In this document: positions 49,385-62,900 of the stretch, piece by piece
How positions within the stretch are numbered: the stretch's first letter is position 1
Layout: every line of letters starts with the position of its first letter
NCBI GenBank assembly: GCA_040954595.2
Contig: CM082576.2
Span: 6,327,129-6,391,128, forward strand
Length of the DNA stretch: 64,000 nt
Direction: 5' to 3'
From: Balanoglossus misakiensis
Lineage: Eukaryota; Animalia; Hemichordata
Notes under the pieces: model-generated
Database searches by the model: none
What the model was told of the DNA's origin: nothing
What the model saw: the letters and a program-made list of their open reading frames with translations, nothing else
Program-made: the position numbers and the translations under genes

Positions 49385-51291
49385 AAAATGTGGGACCTAC
49401 GCTTTAAGATTCAACACTGAAATGTTTCTGTCCAACCACAATCGATGACACAAACACATGCAAACAAACAAACAACAATATGGATATATCTTACTGATGT
49501 GTTTCTTTGGATTGCATCTTTTGCTCTAGTGGTCTTTTTTAAATTTAAACTCTTGTTATACTTGCAGGTGGATTCAAAAGGTAGATTTCGTTCTTCATCA
49601 GAATTTTGGATGGATTTCGATTTCCTGGTGGATAAAGCACGGAGTGTCAACCTATAAGTCAGCAAAATAAATCAAGGGGGGGAAAGACCAATTTTTTTCA
49701 GCCAACATACCTCAGATTTGGAATTTGAATAATCCAATACCCTAATGGAACAGTCTGTGGATTTTAACTTTTAGAAGTAAATGCTGACTGTATTTCAGCA
49801 TTTAGATTTTTTAACTTGTAAATAAAGTTTTTATTGTCTTATTTTACCCAATATACAGTAACTTGTGTGCAATTCATTATTTTGTTAAAATTCAAGCTAT
49901 TAAACACTTTGAATTTGAATTAATTTCAAAATTTTATTAGCACTATTAAAAACATGCGTGAATAAAATTTTCTCATTTAAAAGCACCATATAATACTTTT
50001 CACACTCCAGAAAATAGATCAACTTGTACTGTAAGTTGAACAAAGTTTAAAGTTAAAACCAAGTCAGCATTTACCCTGTAGAAGAAAATTACATGTAAAT
50101 TGTATGCTGCCATTCCCAAGGAAAAGGTAAAACCACTACAATACAACGATATAAAACCAACACCATTCATTCAACCATTTCAAAATACATGTAACACCTA
50201 TTTTTACTCATTTGTACATTTTTACAAATTTAAATGTTTTCTGCTTAAAGCTATAATAGTTGTATGGCTGATCTTTACATCGCAAGATAAAACCTTTCAC
50301 TTTCTCAATTCCATCCACATTATGCAGATGGCTATTTCACATAAAAGCTGCACTTGACAATTTAAAAGGATATATCATTTATCATTTATAAAATTACTAC
50401 AAACAACACTCCTGCCTGATGCTCGTTGGAAAATAGGAATTGGACCGATTTCCTTGTCACAATGAATCCCTAAATTTTCTGTCTTGAGTCCAGAAAAGAC
50501 TGACCATGGAAGTAAATCTGTCAAGAAAACAATATTGCATAGTGGCGTATAGATCCTAAACTACTCAACACTTGTTGATAATTCATTTGTAGTTCAGATA
50601 ATTTCAGGATCTCTCATCAGTGTGATGTTACTTATCTTGAGCTGCATTGGCAAAAAGTGTACTTTATTATTTAAGTTAAAATATTAAGTCTCTGGAACTT
50701 AATTAAACTCAACTGAATTTCTATCTTTAATCAATTAAAACGGAGAGCTTCAAATTGGACATGTACCATGTACACATTGCGTATTAAATAATTTAAAAAT
50801 TCTTGGCATAAAACAATCCAGTTTTGTCATTAAAAGATAAACACTTACATTTTATACAATTTGTTTAATTAGTATCTATAGGCTATAACAATAAAATAGT
50901 GTCAGCAATGATATACAGCTCAGTCTCTTCACATTTTGGATGATTTATCCTCTTATAAAATAAAGAGAATGAGTAAAATAATATTTACAAGATTGCAACT
51001 AATTAATATCCCTTTAGTTTTGATAGAAGGTACATTCCAAAACAGTGAACTGTTCACCCTTTGTATCAGTTTTTAGCCCCTTGGACATTTTGAACTACCG
51101 GTACTCGTGCTAATGAGCAGATAAGTTCACACATACATAAATCTCCACAACTTGTAAGTTTTGTTGCACAATTTGAAAGACCTGAGATTTTTATATGGCA
51201 AGAACTATTTAAGGAATCTGCAACACACTTCAGAAAAAATCAATTTGTTTTTCTGAAAATGGAAAACTACGACTGAGTTTTCTTTCGAATT

Positions 51292-54072
51292 TCATTTCTT
51301 ATCAGATTTTGAGATTTTCTTTTCTGGTTGGTCTGATGTTCGGCCTTCATATGAAAGGTGTCTCTTGGATTCATGGTGAACATGAGGTTCCTTAAACTGA
51401 AAAAAAAATACAAGAAAAAAAAATTACTGATATTCATCACAATTAGAATCATCATCATCATCATCATCATCATCACCACCACCACCACCACTTCACTACT
51501 TTCTACCGCATTATCCATCATACCCTGAAAAAAAGCATCTCTGAAGTGATAACAATAACTCAATTAACTACTCACCACATATTTGGCAAAATGTCCTTCC
51601 TCACAGTACTGATCAAACAAACCATATCCAATGGTCTGACTCTTGGCTGTTCTATGCGCCTTCTCATCCGGAATAATGACATGCCTGATTCCTAAATGTC
51701 TAAGATACAGCGTGCAGTGATTGCATGGCATTTTGGTGGTCAACAACAGCGTCTTCTCTGAATCAAAGTCACTCTTATTACTGGAAAGAAAGCCAAAAAA
51801 GGTATTGATAGAGTTAGTTGAATCAATGGTGTTTTTTATGTCATTTAATCTCTTTTCACAACAGGGGATATGTGCATGATGACAAATCTTAAATCTTCTA
51901 TGGTGAAGTCTTTTACTTATCAAGGATACTAGTATTAGAGAAAAGCAATAGTCACCATCCTAGAACTTACCAGAATAACAAGGCATTAGTTTCTGCGTGG
52001 ACGATGTAGGAGAACTTGACTTTGCGTTTGTCTGGTTCATTCTTGTCACCCACACCAGGAAAGTCAGTCTCTTCAGCATCCAGCTGATAACCGTTGTATC
52101 CAAAACCCAGATAGTCGCCTGTGTGACTCATGAGGACTGCCCCTACACCCGATGTGGGATCATCTGGTGTCGGATGAATGAAACGGGAGAAAAATATATT
52201 TTGTCTTTTAGAACGCTGTCTTTTGAATCACTTTTAAAAATATCGCCAAGTAGACCAATAAAAGGAATACTTGTACCACTGCCTCTATTTACTCATGCCC
52301 ATGGACACAAACAGGTGTGTCAGTTTTCTAATGACAATGTTGTGCGGTACATGTCACACTTTGCCCCGGTGGCCACCTATGTGAAAACCTCATTGACTAG
52401 ATCTCAACCTTCCATGGTATCTGATTGGCTAGATCTCAACCTGTATTTGCATAAACCCACTGGATAGAAACAATTCATATCGGATGGGAGAAACGCACGA
52501 GTATGTAGTACCTGTCCTGTGTGAGAGTATATGAGTCATGGCAGCGGTGTGTCTCACTAAGTCATAATTCTGAAGGACCTCCTTCAGGGCATCTGGAGTG
52601 CCCACTAAATTGTGGTCTATCCGAAGGGTTGACGGTATATCACCCATCGCTGTACGAGCTAACCAGTTGATGACTTCAAGAAAGTCTTGCTGTCTTCGAC
52701 GCCGTGTGGGTGTATCAGGAACTTGTGAGACAGAGAGGACATGCTCGCTCCCCGTTTTATCCTTTCCCTGATAGATGTCCTGGCCAAAGCACTTCTCTAG
52801 GGCACGCACTCCTTCCGTAAATTCCTTGTGAATTATTTTCTTGGCGAATGGGGAGTCGTAGTTCTTAGTCCTCCTGACCCGAGGTATGAACGCCTTGATT
52901 GCAATATGGCTGACTTTGAATATGTGATCGGCAACAGCGAGATTGTCCTCGTCCACAACTTCTGGTTCAACTGGGAAGTAGTAGACAGTTTTCACTCCAG
53001 CTGTGAAGTAAATGGAGAGTGTTGCATACATCAACTTAATAGGATGAGTGGATAATCATAATAATTTGACTTCATTGATCACTGCCTCTTGAAATGGTAC
53101 ATACCACAGCTGTGACCACTACTGGTAAGTTTGCATGATATTTTACCTAGGCATATACATTGTACCAGTTTTACAGTAAAGGGGATCCAAGTAAATCTGT
53201 GACTGATATGTTTACAGAAAAGTGTCAAACTGGAACCTATCAGCACCATTGTTGAAATCAGAAAGAATAATGGGTAAACACGAAGAATTGTGTGTACTTT
53301 AAACACTGTTTAACATGTTGTCGGAGATTCAAGTTTCGTTTCTGTTTCCCGAATAAAAAAAAATTCCCAATGAATACAGAGAATCATTCAGTCATTCACA
53401 GATTAACACATGCTTTTCTTAGAACTGTCAAAACACTACCAAAAGACTACCAGGTAAACTGACAGGAGTTGGAGTTCATATATTCCATGTGCTGGTATTG
53501 CGAAACTTTACCTTGAATCATGTGTTTGGTACAGTCATAGCACGGCTTCCTGGAAACAAAGACAATGCTCTTCGCCAACCTCTGCTTGAACTTGAGGAGT
53601 ACCGACATGATACCGTGTGCAAATTCATGACTACAGTCTGCAGCAAAGAGTTTACCATTGGCGTCCACCGCCACCACACCAACCTGTTGTGGAACAAATC
53701 AGCCACATTTGAGTGTCAGTATATGAACAGGCTGAATTTGAAATGACACTGTTGCACATCAGGCGCATGAGTGGGGGAACCATGGCCATGAGTTTTGGCC
53801 AAGCATTGAGGTTGTAGACAACCACCAACATTTCCCACACAGGCCCCTGTTAAACACCTTTATGAAAGGCCTTGAGTGGGATGATCGATTCAACTCACCT
53901 TATTTATATCATATGATTGGGAAGCATCTTTGATGGGTTGTTCTGGAGTTTTGGCCAATGGAGACATCTCCATCCAAATGGCCATCAGCATACACGCATC
54001 ATTCTTAGACAACCTATCATATTCCCAGTGGCTGTTTCCACCATCATGATTGTTCAGAGCATTAGTCGCCAT
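51292..54072 (-). CDS. CDADC1: Cytidine and dCMP deaminase domain-containing protein 1-like (two deaminase domains)
   Basis: RLSKNDACMLMAIWMEMSP; domain 1 FAHGI...SRKPCYDC...AGVKTVYYFPVEPE; domain 2 HRTDDPTSGVGAV...GYNG...DFP...KFSYIVHAETNALLF and TKMPCNHC; last exon FKEPHV...SDKK* (TGA 51292-51294). Orthology versus paralogy not tested. Confidence 0.82.
51448..51491. repeat. Compound (ATC)n(CAC)n microsatellite in the last intron of the CDADC1-like gene
   Basis: Direct reading. Confidence 0.9.
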
Positions 54073-54189
54073 CCTGCATAATTAGGAAATTTATTATGTG
54101 CATAATATGTGTTGGCACTGTGATGACATAATTTCTTGTACCAACCAGGAATAATGTGTGGTTGCACATTAATTTTCATTTTTAACTTA

Positions 54190-54253
54190 ACTTTGATTTT
54201 TAATTTAACTTTGAATTCAATGTTGAAATCAAAGTTAAATTAAAAATCAAAGT
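54190..54253. repeat. AT-rich inverted repeat upstream of the CDADC1-like start codon
   Basis: Perfect 25-bp arms ACTTTGATTTTTAATTTAACTTTGA (54190-54214) / 54229-54253, with a nearly self-complementary spacer. Confidence 0.8.
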
Positions 54254-54901
54254 ATTGTTGAAATCAAAATCAAAAGTGAAAGCTAAAACAAAAACTGAAA
54301 TGAAAGAGAAAGTTAATGTTTAAGTCAAAAGTTAAAACACATATCAATGTTAATAAGAATGTATAACTAGCATATTAGCCTCCTTAGTTGCCGAATTGGT
54401 ACTGTCTTTTGACAGAAACACCAGCTAGATTGGCACTTTTTTCAGTGGCTCCAATACGAAAAAAAAAAAAATGAAAACAAGTTGTTTACATGTACATGTA
54501 CATGAATGACGACGGTCTACGTGCAGCAGTCCCAGACTTTCGGAGCGCCACCGTGTCATATTATATTCAACATGATTAAACAGTTTGTACACTATCTACC
54601 TGAGGAAGTCAACGTGACACTAGCAGAACTGTCCTTCTAACAGATTGACTTCTCCAAGGACAATATTTTGGCAGCTGTTCGTCTACTGCTCTCGGACGAC
54701 CCACTGGACGTACTGCTTCCGGTCGCGTTCACCTTGAATGACCCCGAATGACCCAGGTATCCTTTGGTGTCGTAGAGGGCGTTGTGGAGCTGTCTGCTTT
54801 CGTTTACCTGTGTTTACAAACTTGATCTACTGCACTCGTGACATCGACGGTATGTTGGCTGGGTATTAGTATGTAAATAACGTTTCCGGGTATTAAACAG
54901 A

Positions 54902-57900
54902 ATGGCGAAGGAAATAGGAAGGCGTAACTGGCACAGTCTCTGTAGCATCTTGTTAATTTGCGTGCTCATCGACATCATTTACGTGTGTGAGGCAGGTAAG
55001 TGCAGTGGCTGCAAACAACCAATCACTCGGTCTTGCAGCGGATCCATATACTCCCACCTGCGTTTATATTATTAGAGTATATTCTCTTTCTAGTAACCGT
55101 GGAGTATCCGCAGCAACCTTGGCTCTGTGTTACATTATGAGGGCAACAGCACGCAACCGACGGAGCCGTATTCGAGAATTTAACTATCATAATCGAAGTT
55201 CTTTCTCAAGATAGGTCTTCTTCAAGGTCGCTTGTTACCTGGGTCACATGATTTAATTGTGACTTTCAAACAATACATTCACATGGCACTAAAGATATGA
55301 ACAAAGAGACCCTCCCCCATTTCAGTGCGTAGAATTGGCACACACGTCCTTGTAGCATCCGTTCATCTAAATTGACAATTGGGTTTTTTATTTTTCTGTA
55401 TGTTTTTTTACATTAATTCTTGTAAGTGTTTGAATGACCGATTGCAATGGAAAGTATGGAGCACATAAACCCAAAGATTTTGATGCATATACATGTAGTA
55501 ACATGTATAATTGAAATGGACAACATCCCCCAACACAGGCTGTTTTTGTGGGCGTATCCTTATATGTAAAGGATGTGAAAATGATAGAGCCCTGTAAATA
55601 TTGGCGTGTTTTTTTTAAATAAAACTTGCCTGAAATGAAAGCTCAACAGATAGAAGTAACTTTAGACTGTTTTTCAGTATTTTTTATTTTGTCATGATTT
55701 TAGTTATTAATGCTAAATATATGTAATACTTTCTGCTGGCAGCTCCTGGACCGACTTTTCGACTGGCCAGTTACTATGGGAACCATATGGTACTTCAGAT
55801 GGAGCCACATCACTCAAATATATGGGGATATGGAGATGTGAAAGCAAAGATACAATTGACTCTAAAAGAGAAGACTTACAGTACTCAAACTTATCTAGGT
55901 AAAAGGTTTACACAACATCGAAATGTATAAGGAAAATCAGATCAAAGACAACTTCCACATTATAGGTTTATTTTATTATTAAGGCTTTTTCAGCCCTATC
56001 ATTCCTATCATCAGTATTATAAATATAAGCATTTCACATTATGACAATCATAACTTGTGATATTTTCCCTCCTGCTTTTTTCTAAGGACCAGAACAGGCT
56101 TGGATATGGAAGATCATCTTGGATAAAATGCCCCCAAGTGGGCCATTTGACATCACCATCAAACACACCGACATGCAAAATATCACCCAAGTCATTGTGC
56201 TCCAAGATGTCTTGTTTGGTGACGTGTGGTTTTGTAGTGGTCAAAGCAATATGCAATTTACAGTCTATGAGGTGAGCACCCCCAGTCCAAACAAGATTGT
56301 CTGTGGAACACGTCCAACAGCACATTACCCTGTTCTCCACACAGTCCTGACTTGCCACATGAAGATTTTTTGCTTGATGTCTGGATCATAATTTCTTGCA
56401 GGTCTTCAACGCAACCTTGGAAATGCTGGAATCGTACAAGTATCCCAACATCAGATTATTTACAGCAGATTTGGTTGAATCCAATGAAACCTTTTACGAT
56501 TTGGAGTCGGTGCTGGAGCCATGGTCCATACCTTCACCAGGTTGGTTGAAAGAAGTGTAGTTGCACACCTTTTGATGTTGCACTTTGTTCTTCCTTTTTG
56601 CCGATTGGAAGCTGTCAATGATACCTGCTCAACTTCATTGACAAATAATATTTCATTACAGAAACTGTTGGAAAAGGACCCAAAATTTACTTCTCAGCCG
56701 TGTGTTGGTTCTATGGACGGAATATCTATGAACATTTCAAATACCCAATTGGTCTTATTGTGAGTTGCTGGGGTGGAACACCGATCGAGGCCTGGTCGTC
56801 ACCTGATTCCCTGAAGATGTGCAATATTAGTGACCGAGCTACTGAACTCAGGTGAGGTGGTGATGATGAGGTATCTGTTCCTTGTCAGAAGTTGTGGACT
56901 GTACTATTAATTAAGGATCTTGAAAATTGCCTATGATCATTGTTGTGTTCTGCCTGCAAGAAAATGTATATTCTTATGCAGGGAAATATACTTCTACTTA
57001 AACTTGTCATGTTAAAAAAGTCAAAACATGAAACTATTACCCGGAATTCCTATTAATTAATATTTTTGTTTCTCAATACATTATCTACTGTAGCAAGAAT
57101 CCCAAGATTTTTCCTGAATATTTTGTGGGTGTCCCAGGGCCCCAGGAACACTCCATCTTGTGGAATGCCATGATTCATCCTTTCCTTAATCTCACAATAA
57201 AGGGAGTTCTCTGGTACCAAGGTAAGCAAAGTTCATCTTTTCCAAAGCATTTTCTTTATAAAGTCATCCAGCTTGCCAGAAGTTTAATATAGCCCAACAA
57301 TTCACTTGAAGTGGTGACATGATCAGATATTTCCTCTATTTCTCATCAATCTCCACAGGAGAGTCCAATGCACCGGCGCCGGAGAGTTATTCCTGCACAT
57401 TTCCTGCAATGATTCAGGATTGGAGAGACAAGTTCTACATTGGAACTGGCAAGTTGACTGATCAGCAGTTCCCATTTGGATTCGTACAGGTACTTCAGTT
57501 TTATCGATCTGCTACCTTTCTCTATTCAGGCTCTTTTTCTTATCCCTTTCACCCCTGTGTCTACAGAGGTCCAACTTTACCATAGAAAACAATTAGGCAG
57601 TTATATGTTTAAGAATATTTCCCTCTTTTCAGATATCATCTGTTCAAGGCAATGAAACCCTCATTAATGGGTATCCCACAATAAGATGGCATCAGACGGC
57701 TGATTACGGTTATGTGCCGAATGACAAAATGCCGAATGTGTTCATGGCTGTTGCTATGGACCTTGGGGATCCACAATCTCCCTGGGGCCCGTGAGTATGC
57801 TGGTCAAATGTCACCTGCTGTCAAGTGGACCATGAGCAGAATACATTGTGTCATTATATAATGCTACATATTAATATGTGTATTATGGAAGAATATGTCC

Positions 57901-58835
57901 TCATAATTTAGTTTTGGCAGCATTTTTGATCACCTGTTTTTTTGTTGCTTGATCATACTCTGAATGTTCTGCAGTACAACACACATTTGCATATGGGCCA
58001 TAACATGCAAATACTACATGGCCTTGTTTCTGGTATTGTCCTTGAAGTACATCCTGGAAGTGTTTAGGTTTGTGTCTATGATAAGCGATAAGGCACAGCT
58101 GTAATTGCCAATGAGTCAAAGTGTGTTACCGTACAGAACAACATAAAACAACTCACACAATTTTTTTTAAAACTAATGTAAACACATTTTAATTTTGATC
58201 CTTGAACATGTTTTAACCCTACAAATTCTACGTATTTTCATTTGAACAGTGTCCATCCAAGGTATAAGGAGGACGTTGGACATCGATTAACACTAGCTGG
58301 CAGAGCCGTAGCTTACAAAGAAGAGTATGTGACATTTCAGGGACCCTTTCCAACAGAAATCGTGGTCATACCCACAGAAGATACCATTTATATCATATAT
58401 GACCACAAGCAAGCTGATATTGTGATACAGTATGACAATGGGTTTGAGGTAAGATTTTCAATATAATCACAATACTGGTGCCAATCATATACATGTGGGT
58501 AATGTTGTTAAGCTAAATTTCATCAGCAAGTAGCAACTTTGAAGCATGGTTTTCAAAATCTCTCTCTGTATTTTCAGGTGTGTTGTTCGCCGACTAACAA
58601 CTGCACTTATCTTTCTGCTGACTGGTTCCCAGCACCGATCACTTCACCCATCGGCTCTTACGGTGTACAGCTTTCCACCAAACAATGCTACAATGAAACT
58701 ATGCAGGCAATACGATACGCCTGGAGGGACTACCCGTGTGTCTACAAGCAGTGTCCTGTTTATGGTCGAGTTGATTTCCTCCCTGCTCCGATCTTTCTCT
58801 TTTCTCTCGGGGATAAGATAGTGTCATGGAAGTGA
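54902..58835 (+). CDS. SIAE: Sialate O-acetylesterase (SGNH family), multi-exon
   Basis: Hydrophobic leader exon MAKEIGRRNWHSLCSILLICVLIDIIYVCEA; FRLASYYGNHMVLQ; GDVWFCSGQSNMQF (catalytic Ser); WGGTPIEAWS; KGVLWYQGESN; FPFGFVQ; DLGD...VHPRYK; IRYAW...LPA; stop 58835. Confidence 0.94.
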
Positions 58836-59697
58836 ACATCTAAAAACAACAACAGAGAGACTCTATTAATCAAGAAGCACATAACCAAGGTGCAGAGTGG
58901 ATCTGGCAGCTCATGAAAAACAACCACCTGTCTTTTCTGACCTGCTTTTTTTAGAATGTATGCTAAAATTACAGCTTGAAATTACATGGTAATTTACTCA
59001 AATTAAAGTGTAACAAACCATCTCTTTTTTTGATAAGTTACGCCTATTGGTGAATAATGGTCACAACAGAAGTTCACTTTCTTTGTCATACAATATCTTA
59101 TTTTTCTAAATGTACAATGAATGGAATAACTCGCTGATTATTTTTGTTTTGTAAACTGAATCAGGACACATGCAACGTATTTGAGTACCAGTAATTATTA
59201 TTTGTATCTTATCACCGAAAAATGGTGTTATTTTTATGAATAAACTTGCTGTGCTCTAGACTCGCTTTCGGGCATAGTTTTTTAATCAAAACAGGTTACT
59301 GTGAGTGTTATGCATATACATGCTGGCCAATGCAATGTTTACGTTGACAGCGCCCCCTCTCGTTCAGACAGTATCATGCCAATTTAGACATTTTCTTCTT
59401 GAAAACCCATACAATTTTCAATGTCTAGATGCGCATTAGTGCATACGTGACGATGTTTTAAGGAGTAAACGATGCACTGTTGGATAGGGTTAGAAAACTT
59501 ACACTAATGCTAAACCTGGGAAGGAACAAAATTCCCGGATGTATCGACCACGTGACAATACAGGAAAGTTAACCCCAGTTGACCTGAGAAATGCAAAGGC
59601 GGTTGAAAGAAGTTGATGCGATCGCTTGCGTCGTTTATAGTAAATCATAGACAGTACTTGTTGAAGGACGGGTCGACGACAAACAAAACCACTGGAA

Positions 59698-59864
59698 ATG
59701 GTAAGTTTTCTGCGGATTCCGAGCAGATGAGGCTGTAGGCGTGATCGGCCGATCTGTACAGTACAGTCGTCATTATGTGTTTGTAGCTGTGGTACTGGTC
59801 ACTAATTGTGTTCTTATGTTTTATTTTACCTGTAATAAAATATTATTGTCAGGATTGTTCAATC

Positions 59865-59952
<88 letters not shown>

Positions 59953-62900
59953 TGAAATAACACATGATTTACAATTGTATGATTTCCAGGATTACCATTT
60001 ATTCCATCCCTCACTGCCAGAGGAAATTCTGGCTGTCTTGTCCCAACTCGAACCTCTGGCAAAGGTCAGCTCTGAACTGAACCCAAACAGTGAAGATTTG
60101 AAGCAGTTACTTCAAAACCATGCTATGTAAGTTATTTTGTTCATCATTATACATGTATTACATGTATAATGTGCCTTGACTGGCTGATAGTCCCTCTTGC
60201 CCACCTTTTACAATTTAACGTATCTACATCACTGACTGTTTTTTTTTCTTTCGCCACATACATGTAGCTGCATGTTACAACTATTGTTGGATGTAAATTA
60301 TGAAGTCAATGTCAGTGATGATGCAAAGAAGGCAATGGAGAAATCGCTGAAATGGCTTCATGGAAGACTGCAGAACTTGGTCGGTGACGTATTCCAACAA
60401 CTGTCTGGGATAGCTAAGGCACCTTGGACAGACCCAACCATAGTGAGAATTGTGAAGAATATGGAGGTTGCATCCTCTGACAGTAAGTGATTATTAATCC
60501 ACAGCCATTTTCCACACACACACTGCCAAGTTCCGAAGATTTTTTTCACTCACTCAAAGGCGAAATTTTATAAAAAAATCATAGCTCGAAAGTGGATTGA
60601 GCATGTAGAATATGGCCCCAAAACACACTGAAGATCGTTATATATGGGCAAGTGGGACAGCAGGTATGAATTTTGACAGTGCAGTTTGCTGAATGACATG
60701 CTAACATGTAGCAATACTTTGTCCATTTTACTTTGAATAGTTGATAAATGTCTTCGCAATGAGGGCCACAGACTTTTACAGAGCAGAATCCAGGCACTCT
60801 ATCAGTATGGATGCCATGAAGAAGCCGTCAATCTTGCCCTGTGCTGCTCAAACCATCCAGTATTTGGAGAACAAAAGTGTTATTTGAAGACGGCTTTATG
60901 GTGTATGTGTAAGCAAAACTACTGGTATCTAGTTAAGGACCAGGTGAGTTTTCATGTCCTCCAATTTACTGACTTTGCATTGACCTGTTCAAGACTATTT
61001 TTCACCTGCATTCTTGCTGAGTCTGTTTAAAACACTACAGAGCAATATTTGCAATTGTAACACACCTCATCCGCAGACTGTGTTCTCATTCCTCAATTGA
61101 AAGTCTTGGCCAAAGTATAACAGCACACATGCTGTGTACCGCGGTATGCATAGGAAAGTAAACTAAAATTTACCTTAATCAACACTGTGTTTTCTCTCAA
61201 TAGCTGAAGCGAATGTCATGCTGCAATGTCGTTGAAGTGATCAGAGAGTTTGAAAAAGAGGACCGCCAGTCTGCATTGAATATGGCAAGGCAGGGTTTGG
61301 TCCTGTATTGGTCGAGAGTGTCGCCATGCAGTTGTGGTCAGATTATTGCTGTTCTATGGATTCGCATGGAAATGAAGGAATGTCAAAGTGACCAGGAACT
61401 GATCAGAAGAATTCTCATTCTCAAGAACATCTGTGCTGCCACCTCTGACAAGAACCTGTCTCACATCAGTGACTTTGTGAAGGCGGTTGCTTCACAAGTA
61501 TCCATAGAGGTAAATGTATATGTATGTGGAGTATATATATTTGTCTACAGTAGGGACTCAAACAAGGTTATTTGAAGAGGGGGTAGAACCAAACAGTTTA
61601 ACAATTTGAGCGCAATATACTGGTTGGTAGTTGACTGTTGATATTACTCCACTTTGCAGGTTATCAAGCAGCTGGCACAACCTCTTTCGGAATTCTGTCT
61701 GTCGTCAATGAAGAGTGTGATAACAAGAGACAATTCGAGGGTCAAGATGAAGAAAAGAAGTGAAAACACCAAAGTTGTGTCTGCCTTACTCGTCCTGTTC
61801 AGGAGAATCGATTACCTTCTGTTTAGGGACACTGCACTGACCTATTTTGCCGTGAACCCCAACACACAAACGTACAAGTGGATGTGTGGCATCTTTACTA
61901 GTAAACCAGAGGAGTTTGGACTGTCGGCAGAGCCTGTCGTGTGGCCAGTGTTGGAAGACGTACACCGAGCCAACATCGTTCAACGTTTGAAAATGCAGCG
62001 ACCGAGTCCCATCAACGCCTACAGGAAATGGGAGGACATCGATGAAGATTGTAAGCAGTTGTTGTCACAGCGGAATGTGCCGATGCTTGGTGCGTGGAAA
62101 GTTCAAGCAAGAAAGAAGACAGTGTTTCGGAAGCGGAGACAAATCTTGATCAAGGCTACTGCCAAGCGGCAACCTGCCAAGTTGTCAAGAGCCAAACAGA
62201 CGGTGAACTCTGCGGTCAAAAAGCAAACTGCCACCTTGCCAGTGGAAAAGCCAGAGAGAATGATCACGCGCCTACAGTCCGCTACTCTCAGATCCAACAA
62301 TGAGGATTTAACAAGTGGGTCTAGGATGGTGTTACCAATGACCCAGCCAAGATCTACACACCCCGAGTCTAAATTGAAAACCAGCCTGAGTGGAAATAAT
62401 GTCATCCAGAATGAGTCTTCGACAGCAGAAGCGCCAACTGGTCCTCACACAAGTCTTGTGCATGAAAAGATTTCTGCAGTGAGAAATCCTCAAGAATTCC
62501 CACATCCGTCACATCATTTGGGACGCCAAGTTGTCAGTGAAAGCGTGAAAGGTGCCACACAGCTTGGGGACAACAAGGACCAGGCTGGATCTCAAGTAAA
62601 ACTGACAAATATCCCCACAAGTAGATGCGTTCTCTCTAAAAGAACTCCTGAAAAGTCCACTCTGCAGCCAGCTGGGGACAATAAGGTCGCGCATCAATAT
62701 ACAACGGTATGCCACCCGGTCGAAATCTTCAGTATTTCATACTCAGCCAGCAAGGGTCAGTCTGATGTCATGATTATTAAGCCGCAAATGCGTGGCAAAG
62801 TCCCTGTGGTCTTGCTTGAAAGAAGCAAAGACAAACGGCTGTGCACTGGTGGAGCAGATGGCCATGGCAGCGTCATGCTGCCCACTGGAGTCACTGGGAA

